A stretch of 64,000 nt of DNA, from NCBI GenBank assembly GCA_021776395.1, contig JAJFFZ010000076.1, forward strand, positions 13,641 through 77,640, given 5' to 3'. Source of the DNA: Hyphococcus sp. (GTDB taxonomy: Bacteria; Pseudomonadota; Alphaproteobacteria; Caulobacterales; Parvularculaceae). Position 1 is the first letter of the stretch. Every line of letters begins with the position of its first letter. Below are positions 28,461 to 37,716 of the stretch, in pieces. Position numbers and translations under genes: made by a program. The notes beneath the pieces are model-generated. The model saw nothing but the letters and a program-made list of their open reading frames with translations, had not been told where the DNA came from and made no database searches.

Positions 28461-30641
28461 TTACCCTGTTGCAGCTAAACTATTTTCATGAAATGAAAGC
28501 GCCTCGCCCTCACGAGCGATAATTGCATCAACGTCAAGAATGAGCGCGATCCTGCCGTCGCCGAGGATGGTCGCCGCAGCGACGCTGTCGACATGGCCGT
28601 AATTTTCTTCCAGGCTTTTTATGACGACCTGTCGTTGGTCCTGAATAGTGTCAACGATCACCGCAGCGCGCGCGCCATCTTCGGTTTCAACCGAAAGTAC
28701 AACCCCGGTCAGAGGGTCTGCCGGCTCGGCTCGATATCCCATAGTAAGGCCGGCATCGATGACCGGAATAAACTCACCACGGATTGATATAACTTTTGAT
28801 CCGGCGCCAAGTTCATGGGTATCTGATGGCGTCGGTTTTAACGTCTCAACAATTGCCGTAAGGGGAACGACCAGAGTTTGGTCAGCAACCTCAACAACCA
28901 TACCATCGAGAATAGCAAGCGTCAGCGGCAGGCTGATCGAGAATGTCGAACCCTTTCCGGGTTGCGATGAGATCATTATTCTCCCACCGACAGCCTGGAT
29001 TGCGCGCTTGACAACATCCATGCCGACACCGCGGCCGGAAAGGTTAGAAACCTTCTCGACGGTCGAAAAGCCGGGCATAAACAGTAAATTATCGATATCG
29101 CTATCGGATAATTTATCTTCCTCACTGATAAGGCCTTTTTCGATAGCAATGTTTCGAACACGCTCACGGTTTATTCCCGCGCCGTCATCGGAAACCTCAA
29201 TCACAACACGGCCGGAACGATGTGCTGCTGTGAGCGAGACTGTGCCTTCAGCGGGCTTGCCGTTGGCAATGCGCGTTTCAGCCTTCTCAAGGCCGTGATC
29301 GACCGCATTGCGGATCATGTGGGTCAACGGGTCCGCCAGACGTTCGACAACCGTCTTGTCGACTTCCGTCATCTCGCCTTCCATAACAAGGTGCACAGAC
29401 TTTTCTGTCGCCCTTGCAGCCTCGCGGACGATACGCGACATTCTCTGGAATAAAGCTTTGACCGGTTGCGCGCGGATGGCCATGACGCTGTCTTGAATCT
29501 CACGCGTCAGTTGTTTTAACTCTTCAAGGCCCGCTTCAACCGAATCGCCGCGCTCTAGCCCGGCGTCAATCACACCCTGGGTGAGCATCGCCTGATTGAT
29601 CACCAGCTCGCCGACCAGATTGACGAGGCGGTCGATGCGGCCAAGATTGACCCGTATCGTCGCGTCGCTTGTGTCTTTTTCCTTTGACGCCTGCTCCTTG
29701 GCGGCTGGTTTTTCTTTTTTCTCGACCAATGAAACAACATTGTCTTCGCTTGCAACATCGTCTCCAGAAGCGGCCTCGTCAGGGGCGCGGTCTGCCTTTG
29801 CAGGCGGCGACTCTTCTTCAACAGGCAAAGCTTCATCGTCAGCCAGTTCGGGCTCATCCGCGTCATCTGATGGCTCTTCGGAGGTGATTTCAAGGGTGCA
29901 ATCATCTTCGACAAATTCGAAAATTTCCAGCAGCTCGTCTTTGCTATGGCTGGTGTGAACAATTATCGTCCAGGCAAGATAGGCGCCTTCCGGATCAATC
30001 TCATCAAGCGTTGGGATTTGCGATTCATCGCACGCAACTGTTACATCACCCATCTGGGCCAGATTGCGGAACAACAAAACGGTTTCATTCGCGTTTGCGT
30101 AAAGTTCCGGCATCGGGCGAAATTTAATGGTGAAGGACTGATTTTCCTCGACATCATCAAGGTCGCCAAAAGCGTCATCGAGATCGATGGCCGTGCCGAG
30201 CGGTGCAAACGAAATATCCTCACCGCCCGCTGGCGCCTCGTCGGCCGCGCCTGCCTTATCCCCAACAAATGCTGACAATTCTTCAACGAGGCCCGCAGTA
30301 GCGTCATCGCCCAGTTCCTCATCGTTTTGAGCGGCGCGCACCAAATCCGCCAACACATCTGACGAACGTAACAAGACACTCAAAACCTCGGGCGTTGCTT
30401 CCAATCGGTCCGCGCGGACTTCATCAAGCGTCGTTTCAAAAATATGCGCAAACGCGACAAGCTTATCGAGCCCGAAGGCCCCGGCGCCGCCTTTGATTGA
30501 GTGCACCGCACGGAAAATCGCGGCAACCGTTTCACAATCCCCGTCGCCGCCCTCCATATCAATAAGGCCGGTCTCTAACTCACCGAGCAAATCATCGCAT
30601 TCCTGAAAAAAGGTCTGCTTAATTTCTGCCATTGAATCCAC
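28461..30641 (-). CDS. cheA: Chemotaxis histidine kinase
   Basis: FRAVHSIKGGAG (Hpt), HMIRNAVDHG, DDGAG, PGFST, SGRGVGMDVV and a C-terminal CheW domain. Confidence 0.97.
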   Translation of the reverse strand: MDSMAEIKQTFFQECDDLLGELETGLIDMEGGDGDCETVAAIFRAVHSIKGGAGAFGLDKLVAFAHIFETTLDEVRADRLEATPEVLSVLLRSSDVLADLVRAAQNDEELGDDATAGLVEELSAFVGDKAGAADEAPAGGEDISFAPLGTAIDLDDAFGDLDDVEENQSFTIKFRPMPELYANANETVLLFRNLAQMGDVTVACDESQIPTLDEIDPEGAYLAWTIIVHTSHSKDELLEIFEFVEDDCTLEITSEEPSDDADEPELADDEALPVEEESPPAKADRAPDEAASGDDVASEDNVVSLVEKKEKPAAKEQASKEKDTSDATIRVNLGRIDRLVNLVGELVINQAMLTQGVIDAGLERGDSVEAGLEELKQLTREIQDSVMAIRAQPVKALFQRMSRIVREAARATEKSVHLVMEGEMTEVDKTVVERLADPLTHMIRNAVDHGLEKAETRIANGKPAEGTVSLTAAHRSGRVVIEVSDDGAGINRERVRNIAIEKGLISEEDKLSDSDIDNLLFMPGFSTVEKVSNLSGRGVGMDVVKRAIQAVGGRIMISSQPGKGSTFSISLPLTLAILDGMVVEVADQTLVVPLTAIVETLKPTPSDTHELGAGSKVISIRGEFIPVIDAGLTMGYRAEPADPLTGVVLSVETEDGARAAVIVDTIQDQRQVVIKSLEENYGHVDSVAAATILGDGRIALILDVDAIIAREGEALSFHENSLAATG

Positions 30642-30660
30642 TGGAAAGGCTCCCGACTAT

Positions 30661-31026
30661 TTATGCAGCGACGCGTTTTATGGCGTCGACTAGTTTGTCT
30701 TTATCAAATGGTTTGACGATCCAACCGGTAGCGCCGGCATTCTTTGCCCGCATTTTCAGTTCCGGCGCTGATTCCGTCGTCAATACGAGTATCGGCGTTA
30801 CGCGATGCTCGGCAGAACGCCTTACGCCCTCAATGAACCCAAAGCCGTCCATTTTCGGCATGTTGATATCCGTAACAATGACATTGGGCGCCATGCCGGC
30901 AAGCACCTCAAGGCCGTGCTCGCCATCCTCCGCAAGCGAGACGTCAAAGCCCGCCTCCGTGAGGGCAAGGCGCAACATCTCTCTCATTGTCCGCGAATCA
31001 TCAACGGCTAGCACGCTTAAAGGCAT
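30661..31026 (-). CDS. cheY: Chemotaxis response regulator CheY (first copy)
   Basis: VDDSRTMR, TDINMP, LTTES and GATGWIVKPF. Confidence 0.94.
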   Translation of the reverse strand: MPLSVLAVDDSRTMREMLRLALTEAGFDVSLAEDGEHGLEVLAGMAPNVIVTDINMPKMDGFGFIEGVRRSAEHRVTPILVLTTESAPELKMRAKNAGATGWIVKPFDKDKLVDAIKRVAA

Positions 31027-31328
31027 GTTTCATTCTCGTTTGTTTCATGCTGCGACAGGCAAACCCCAAGATGGGTCGCCGATTCAGAAAAGGCAGGAGA
31101 TTCGTCAAAGATTGCGATTGTATGGCCAGCAACCGCCCAGGTTTTGACCGCCGACAGCAATACCTGAAAGCACGGCGCCCCGATGCGCTCGACTTTAGAG
31201 GCGTCGATTACGAGGTCGTTACCGCGTAACGCCAACAACTCATCGGTCAACGGAGCGGCGGCGCGCAGATCAAGCACCGAAGTGAGGGTGACCCTGCCGT
31301 CTTGTTCTTTAGAGCTTGGCGTACTCAA
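31017..31328 (-). CDS. STAS-domain chemotaxis protein (CheS-like)
   Basis: LTSVLDLRAAAPL, IDASKVERIG and QVLLSA; first gene of the che operon; probable TTG start at 31328. Confidence 0.8.
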   Translation of the reverse strand: MSTPSSKEQDGRVTLTSVLDLRAAAPLTDELLALRGNDLVIDASKVERIGAPCFQVLLSAVKTWAVAGHTIAIFDESPAFSESATHLGVCLSQHETNENETCL

Positions 31329-31513
31329 TGGCTTACCTTCCCAGAACAGCGAATTTGTTCGTATGGTTACCGTCAGTACACCAAAATTCATACCAATCCT
31401 TTAAGCAGTCTCCACCGCTACAAGATCGGAGAGATTTTGTAGCCCGTCAAAACAAGATAGTCAGCAAAACCAAGCGCCCATATATCCGCACCGCTGATTT
31501 CTGGTGCGTAAAT

Positions 31514-31528
31514 TTATGGAACCTTTAA
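31514..31528 (-). promoter_or_regulatory. Weak candidate CtrA box upstream of the che operon
   Basis: Minus strand reads TTAA-AGGTTCC-ATAA within an AT-rich intergenic region. Confidence 0.3.
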
Positions 31529-31720
31529 TGTATGTGAATAATTTTTCAAAAATCTATAGCATTCAGTAAGGTTATGCGGAGCCATGCCCCCTGTTTGTGT
31601 ATAGTCATGGCTCAATATCGCATGTCCAACAGGCAGACGGGTGGTGTCGCGGCCGTATCTTGGATGATGCTTTATGTCCTTGCTCTCAATCACGAGAGCG
31701 GAATTTAAAATCAGCTTTGT

Positions 31721-33235
31721 CTAATTTGAATAATTTGGGGCGTCCAATTTTCGTGCGAGCCATTCCTCATGCTTTGGAAATTTTTGACGTGACGCAGCAA
31801 CAATTTTTTGAACCTGTTTTGAAATGACAACAGGAGCTTGCCGTAACGGCGCCGTATCATTTCCCTTAAAATTCATTCCGTACAAGATATACTCATAGCT
31901 TTGTTGTGAAAACAGCTGTAATGGCTTGTCAAAATCGAGATGACTTGGGGGTTTTCGCCTCCAAAGCGCCAGGCGCGCTGCAATCGTTTCTGTCATGCGC
32001 TCGCGCTTTGTCGCCTCGCGCCAAAAAGCCGTATCTGCTCGTTGCGACAGGCAATAATGCAAATTAATGAAGTCGAGAATTTCATCAAAAAGCGCTTCAT
32101 TGACAGCATTATATTTACGTCTGACAACTTCCAGATCGCCTTCCCCATGCGGAAAATAGTCACACAGCGCCGACACCGCGAACTCCACCGTATAGAGCGC
32201 TGTTGATTCAAGCGGCTCGATAAACCCCGACGATAAGCCTATAGAGATGACATTTTTCGACCAAAATTTCTGTCGGCGGCCAACGCGAAACCGCAGACGC
32301 CTGACGTCAAGCCGGTCACAATGTTCGCCTTCTTCAGCGCGCAGCTCTGCTTCCGCCGCATCATCATCTATGAAAGCGCTGGAATACACATAACCGCGCC
32401 CGCGCCGGTCAGACAGGCCAATGTCCCACACCCAGCCTGACGATAGCGCTTTTGAGGTGGTGAATGGCTTGATGCGCCCAGGATAGTAAACATCATAAGG
32501 AACGCGCATCGCCACCGCCCGGTCACAAAGCAGCCATGGCGAAAAATCCACCCACCCAACGCCAAGCGCCTTTTCAATCAACACGCTGGCGAAACCACTA
32601 CAGTCAATAAATAAATCTGCTGCAATCAAGCTTCCTGACTTTAGTCGCACCGCGCTCACATTCCCATCATCGCCAAAGGCGACATCAACAACATCGTCAC
32701 GTATATGCTGAACGCCCCGAGCGGTTGAATGCGTCGCCAGCTGATCGGCGAATTTTTCCGCATCCATATGATACGCATAAGGAAAGCTTGACCCGTAACT
32801 AGGCCAGTCAAGCGCTTTTGGCGCGTAGCCCTCTTTGCTCAAGGGCGCCAATGCCGACACACTGTCCGCCCAGGTGACATTGCGCGCGCTCGCCACCCAA
32901 TCAGCGGCAACGCCATCCGAAAGATCGCTCGCGCGCCGATCAAAGGGGTGATAAAAGCCGGGACTTTCAGGGTGTCGCCAATTGTCAAACCGGATCGCGT
33001 TCTTGAACGTGGCGTCCGCCCCTTTCATGAAGGCTAATTCGTCGATGCCAATTCGGCTTAACGTTTGCCTGATGCTCGGGACGGTTGCTTCACCGACGCC
33101 AATCCGGCCGACAGTGGGCGATTCTACAACACTGACCGAAACCGACTGGCGCCCCTGTGCATTTAAAACCGCTATCAGATAACTCGCGGTTATCCATCCC
33201 GCAGATCCGCCGCCGACAATCAGTATCTTTTTCAA
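31721..33235 (-). CDS. Flavin-dependent (tryptophan) halogenase family protein 2
   Basis: GGGSAGW, GVGEAT, ATFKNAI (catalytic Lys), WVWDIG and FIEPLEST. Confidence 0.9.
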   Translation of the reverse strand: MKKILIVGGGSAGWITASYLIAVLNAQGRQSVSVSVVESPTVGRIGVGEATVPSIRQTLSRIGIDELAFMKGADATFKNAIRFDNWRHPESPGFYHPFDRRASDLSDGVAADWVASARNVTWADSVSALAPLSKEGYAPKALDWPSYGSSFPYAYHMDAEKFADQLATHSTARGVQHIRDDVVDVAFGDDGNVSAVRLKSGSLIAADLFIDCSGFASVLIEKALGVGWVDFSPWLLCDRAVAMRVPYDVYYPGRIKPFTTSKALSSGWVWDIGLSDRRGRGYVYSSAFIDDDAAEAELRAEEGEHCDRLDVRRLRFRVGRRQKFWSKNVISIGLSSGFIEPLESTALYTVEFAVSALCDYFPHGEGDLEVVRRKYNAVNEALFDEILDFINLHYCLSQRADTAFWREATKRERMTETIAARLALWRRKPPSHLDFDKPLQLFSQQSYEYILYGMNFKGNDTAPLRQAPVVISKQVQKIVAASRQKFPKHEEWLARKLDAPNYSN

Positions 33236-33258
33236 TCGTCAACTCCGTCTTACAGCCC

Positions 33259-34788
33259 CTAATCAACCACGGCGCCGAGTGCTTTTAGAGTCTCATCATG
33301 TGGACGCGCATTAAAGGCTGTCTCAGAGATCAATGATGTGACATTCGCCATCGCTTTTGCAACCGGGTCGGCCGGAACATTATCAATCAATGGGTCGTGG
33401 CGCTTGGCGCTCACCCCCATTCCCTCAAGAACCGCGACCCAACTTAGCGGTGTAAACAATTCATAGAAGGAGGTAAAAATCCGACCCTGCTCTCGGTAAA
33501 GCTCAATGCGCTCCTCAAGCGATACAGGCAACACCATCTCACGGCAATACCGCCAAAAGGGCGTATCGTCCCGACGGGTTGTGCAATAATGGAGTATCAA
33601 AAAGTCACGAATACCCTCAAGTTCGGCAATCGCAAGTTTGTTGAACTCCGCGGTGACGCGCGGATTACAATCTTTATCCGGAAAATAATCTAAAAACTTA
33701 AAGAGGCTTGCGAAAACCAGGTGGATGCTGGTTGATTCAAGCGGTTCAAGAAAGCCTGACGCCAGCCCCAGAGACAAGCAGTTTGCTTTCCAAATTTCCC
33801 GCCGCCGGCCGCCGGTAAAACGCAATATGCGCGGCTCGGCCAGAGGTTCACCCTCGATAGATGACAGAAAACTGGCAAAAGCATCTTCATCGCTGGTGAA
33901 CTGGCTCGAATAAACATATCCGTTGCCGGTGCGGCCCTGCAGCGGTATCCGCCATTGCCATCCCGCCTCTTTTGCCGTCGATAACGTGTATGGCGTTGTG
34001 TATTCTGCACGCGGCGTTGGCGCCGCAACGGCGCGGTCACAGGGAAGGTATTGTGTCCAGTCTTCATATCCGGCCTTCAGCGCACCCTCGATAAGAAGGC
34101 CGCGAAAGCCGGAACAGTCGATGAAGAAATCCGCTTCTATCCGTTGGCCGTCCTGCATAACAACCGCGTCGATATACCCGTTATCGCGCATGGCCGTATC
34201 CACGATCCGGCCTTCTATTTTCTGCACGCCTTTATTTTCTGAATACTCGCCGAGGTATTTCGCAACCAGCGTCGCATCAAAATGCAGTGCATATTTCAAC
34301 CCGGAGAGCGGCGAGCGGGGATCGCTGACGGGCGTTGCAAATTTATTCTTCTCCGCGAGTTTAATTGCAATAGACAAATCCATAAGCGGATGTTGCGCAA
34401 CGCCCTCATTTCGTTGTTTGATCCAATATTGATAGAGCGGCCGGTTTTCAATGGTTGGCCCGAGAGAACCAAAGGGGTGCCAGTAGGCCTCGCCTTTTAC
34501 ACGCCAGTCAGCGAATTTGATTGCAAGCTTGAAGGTCGACTGCGTACGCCGGATGAAGTCCGCTTCATCAATTTTTAAAAATCGTATAAAATCAAGAATA
34601 GTCGGTATCGTCGCCTCGCCAACGCCGACCGTGCCGATATCTTTTGACTCAATAAGCGTGATCTGCTTGGCGTCTTTCAAGGCTGGGCCAAAAATGTGAG
34701 CCAGACACGAGGCCGCCATCCACCCCGCCGTACCGCCGCCGACAATGACGACATTGCGTATCTCACGACTGCTTGACTGCGCATTCAT
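33259..34788 (-). CDS. Flavin-dependent (tryptophan) halogenase family protein 1
   Basis: GGGTAGW, GVGEATIP, STFKLAI, WQWRIP and FLEPLESTSIH. Confidence 0.92.
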   Translation of the reverse strand: MNAQSSSREIRNVVIVGGGTAGWMAASCLAHIFGPALKDAKQITLIESKDIGTVGVGEATIPTILDFIRFLKIDEADFIRRTQSTFKLAIKFADWRVKGEAYWHPFGSLGPTIENRPLYQYWIKQRNEGVAQHPLMDLSIAIKLAEKNKFATPVSDPRSPLSGLKYALHFDATLVAKYLGEYSENKGVQKIEGRIVDTAMRDNGYIDAVVMQDGQRIEADFFIDCSGFRGLLIEGALKAGYEDWTQYLPCDRAVAAPTPRAEYTTPYTLSTAKEAGWQWRIPLQGRTGNGYVYSSQFTSDEDAFASFLSSIEGEPLAEPRILRFTGGRRREIWKANCLSLGLASGFLEPLESTSIHLVFASLFKFLDYFPDKDCNPRVTAEFNKLAIAELEGIRDFLILHYCTTRRDDTPFWRYCREMVLPVSLEERIELYREQGRIFTSFYELFTPLSWVAVLEGMGVSAKRHDPLIDNVPADPVAKAMANVTSLISETAFNARPHDETLKALGAVVD

Positions 34789-35702
34789 AGCCTCATCCCC
34801 TCACGCAGCGCCCGCTGCGCTAAAGCAATCGCGCCGGTAACGCCAGCAAGATCACCGAGCATCGGTGGGACTATATAATCAGACAGATCTCCATCGAGCG
34901 GGCCTGCATCCATGTAACCGCTCAACAGGATTTTTGTTTCCCGCCTGAGCCTGGCCAATAGCCCCGGTGCTTTCATAACGCCGCCGCCAAAAATAATTCT
35001 TTCCGGCATATGTCCAAGGATAAGGTTAAGCGCGAGGTGGGACAGATATTCCGCCTCAAGACTGATGGCCTCATGGTCCGGCGGAAACGCACTTAAGTTT
35101 GCGCCCCAGCGATCCATAATTGTAGGACCGCTGGCGAGGCCTTCCAGACAATCGCCGTGAAACGAACAGCAACCCGTGAAGGGATCGCGCCGCTGATCGT
35201 GCGGCGGTCTGATATGGCCAAGCTCATAGTGTGTAAATCCGCACTGCGAAACGCCATTTTTGATCACGCCGGCGCCAATCCCCGTGCCTACTGTAACGTA
35301 AGCGATTGTTCGAAGGCCTTGTCCCGCACCCGCTGTCGCCTCACCCAGCCCAGCCCCGTTCACGTCCGTGTCGGCCAGAAGAGGCGCCCTCAACGGAGCC
35401 AGCGCCTCGAGAAAACTGGCGCCCGCCCAGCCGGGTTTCGTAGTTTTAAGGATCGAACCATAACTCGTGGATTTAATATCGATGTCGATAGGTCCAAAGG
35501 ATGCAACGCCAACTGAAGCGACGCCGCCATGCTCTGTTGCAACGCTGTCAAAAAAACTCAATACACCGGAAAATGTCTCATCCGGATATGTCGTTGGGAT
35601 GGTCGCGCTTTTAACGATCTGGTCTGGTGCGAATGCGGCGGCGCAAACAAATTTCGTACCGCCAGCTTCAATTGCACCCAGTATTTTTCGTTCAGCGCCC
35701 AC
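34785..35702 (-). CDS. ROK-family fructokinase
   Basis: IEAGGTKFVCA, DTDVNGA, TVGTGIGAG, ELGH and CSFHGDCLEGLASG. Confidence 0.9.
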   Translation of the reverse strand: MGAERKILGAIEAGGTKFVCAAAFAPDQIVKSATIPTTYPDETFSGVLSFFDSVATEHGGVASVGVASFGPIDIDIKSTSYGSILKTTKPGWAGASFLEALAPLRAPLLADTDVNGAGLGEATAGAGQGLRTIAYVTVGTGIGAGVIKNGVSQCGFTHYELGHIRPPHDQRRDPFTGCCSFHGDCLEGLASGPTIMDRWGANLSAFPPDHEAISLEAEYLSHLALNLILGHMPERIIFGGGVMKAPGLLARLRRETKILLSGYMDAGPLDGDLSDYIVPPMLGDLAGVTGAIALAQRALREGMRL

Positions 35703-35704
35703 GG

Positions 35705-37585
35705 CTATTCCGCTTCATCAACCGGCGTCAACCATAGCCGGCCATAGGGGCCCAGTTCAATCCGGTCTCCATGAATTACTTTGCCGGAGAATTGATCGCG
35801 CCAGACACGCCCAAGAGGCGCCGATGCGCTCGCTGGGGTAGGTGAGAAATTTACATAGATATAAAGTTCGCCGTGCGCATTGTGATGATGTAGTTTTAGG
35901 ACACGACCGTCGCCGTCAACAGCAGGTTTTGCGACCGACTGAATCAACTGAGGCGTGCTTGACCGAATATCCACCAGCTTTTGCACCCCATGGAATAAAG
36001 CCGCTTCTACGCCGTTTCCATGACACCACGCCGCTTTTTTCCAATCCATCGCTCCGCGATGGAGCCAGCGGCCATCTCCATCATAGCCTTCTCGCGTTGC
36101 AAATTCTTGATCATTAAGCTGACCAATCTCGTCACCCATATTGATGAGCGGCATGCCGCCGTATGAAAAAACAACCGTATACAGGAGTAGCAATCTACGG
36201 ACTGCCAGATCAATCGCGTCGTCGTCTTCACGCAAGACGGCCTTTTCCAAGCCGCAAAATGACGCCATTGACCCTGCCGTACCATGGGTTTGGTAATTCT
36301 TGCCGGAAGCAAACGAGCCAGGCGTATCACCTGAATAAAAGGCTCTTGTAAATTTAACATGCTCCCGCCAATTTTCTTCGGTATACCCTGCTTTTTCTTC
36401 GAGCAACACATCCCACCCGACGTCGTCATGACACCGAGTATAATTCAACCAAGTCGCTCCGGATGCAACTGGCGGAATAGTCTCTAACACCCGCGCAAGG
36501 CGCACCGCATCCCCCTCGGCAAGCGCGCTCCATAGCATGGTCATCAGCGTCGTGTTATAGGCAAGCTGGCACTCCTTGCCTGCAAGCACTCCGGCGCCTA
36601 AATAGTGTACTAAATTATAGGAGGGAACGATGGCCTCCGCCTTTAAGAGAATTCCCGGCGCCGCAATCGCGATGAGCGCCCTGAATGCTCTTATGATAGA
36701 AAAAACTTCTGGTTGGTTTAAGCAATCTGTACCAAGACGTTTCCACAGATACGGCGCCGCGTCGAGCCGAAAAACGTCAACGCCCCGGTTGGCGAGGAAG
36801 AGAAGTGACTTGAGCATCTCTTCAAAGACACGCGGGTTGGCGTAATTAAGGTCCCATTGGTAAGGATAAAATGTCGTCCACACCCACTCATCCTGCTCTG
36901 GCACATAAGTAAAATTCCCCGGCGCGGTCTCGGTAAAGGCTTCGCCGAGCGTCTTTTCATACTGATCAGGCGCCTCTCGGTCCGGAAAGAAGTGATAAAA
37001 ATCCTTGAACGCCCTGTCGCCATTGCGGCAGCGACGCGCCCAATCATGGTCATCAGCCGTATGGTTGAGGATGAAGTCGATGCACAGGCTAATCCCGTTT
37101 TCACGCAAATGCGACGCCAGCTTCTCTAAATCCTCCATCGACCCAAGCCTTGGCTCGACCTCCGTGTAGCTAGAGACGGCAAAACCGCCATCATTGCGCA
37201 CAGGGCGCATCTTCAAGAATGGCAACAGATGCAGATAGTTGACGCCAAGTTCCTTTAGGTAGTCGATTTTCTCCTCAATGCCGCCAAGCGTACCGGCAAA
37301 CCGATCCACATAGGCCATATATCCTACGCGGTCGGGATGCTGAAACCAATCGGGCTGCTGGCTGCGGCGAAGATCTAATTGTTTTAGCGCCTCAGGGCGA
37401 TTAATATAAGCGCCGCGAACTGCATGCATAATCCGTGTAAAGATTTCTAGAAACTCTTTACGGTCGCCATAAAGGTGACGCAACGCGGTTTCCGCATCGG
37501 GGGCATAAATTTCATAGCGCGCATCATATGCGCTATCCAGCCCGGCAATATTTTCTATTTTTGTCGATCTAACTGACGTTGCCAT
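35705..37585 (-). CDS. GH13_4 sucrose hydrolase / amylosucrase-family enzyme
   Basis: YVDRFAG, DGGFAVS, QWDLNY, FRLDA (nucleophile), KAEAIV (acid/base) and RCHDD. Confidence 0.9.
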   Translation of the reverse strand: MATSVRSTKIENIAGLDSAYDARYEIYAPDAETALRHLYGDRKEFLEIFTRIMHAVRGAYINRPEALKQLDLRRSQQPDWFQHPDRVGYMAYVDRFAGTLGGIEEKIDYLKELGVNYLHLLPFLKMRPVRNDGGFAVSSYTEVEPRLGSMEDLEKLASHLRENGISLCIDFILNHTADDHDWARRCRNGDRAFKDFYHFFPDREAPDQYEKTLGEAFTETAPGNFTYVPEQDEWVWTTFYPYQWDLNYANPRVFEEMLKSLLFLANRGVDVFRLDAAPYLWKRLGTDCLNQPEVFSIIRAFRALIAIAAPGILLKAEAIVPSYNLVHYLGAGVLAGKECQLAYNTTLMTMLWSALAEGDAVRLARVLETIPPVASGATWLNYTRCHDDVGWDVLLEEKAGYTEENWREHVKFTRAFYSGDTPGSFASGKNYQTHGTAGSMASFCGLEKAVLREDDDAIDLAVRRLLLLYTVVFSYGGMPLINMGDEIGQLNDQEFATREGYDGDGRWLHRGAMDWKKAAWCHGNGVEAALFHGVQKLVDIRSSTPQLIQSVAKPAVDGDGRVLKLHHHNAHGELYIYVNFSPTPASASAPLGRVWRDQFSGKVIHGDRIELGPYGRLWLTPVDEAE

Positions 37586-37599
37586 TACCTTGCGCGCCC

Positions 37600-37700
37600 A
37601 AAATAAAAACGCCTCGCCGGAAAGGAGGGAAATTCCAACGGCGAGGCATTTTGATGCCTATCCCACGAAGCGATTGGGAGGCAGTCGCTTCGTGGGGGTC
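37600..37700 (-). ncRNA. Candidate 3'UTR-derived two-hairpin RNA with CCUCC loops
   Basis: Two adjacent strong hairpins (37662-37696 and 37606-37652), both with CCUCC in the loop on the minus strand. Confidence 0.35.
37606..37652 (-). terminator. Rho-independent terminator-like hairpin downstream of the TBDR
   Basis: Minus strand AAAAUGCCUCGCCG...CGGCGAGGCGUUUU followed by UAUUUU; the single irregular pair is U-G only on the minus strand. Confidence 0.7.
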
Positions 37701-37716
37701 GTCATTATCCCAGCCG

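Noticed and set aside
31721-34788. Halogenases as part of a natural-product biosynthetic cluster (e.g. pyrrolnitrin)
   Set aside because: No prnB/C/D, flavin reductase, NRPS/PKS or tailoring genes are adjacent.
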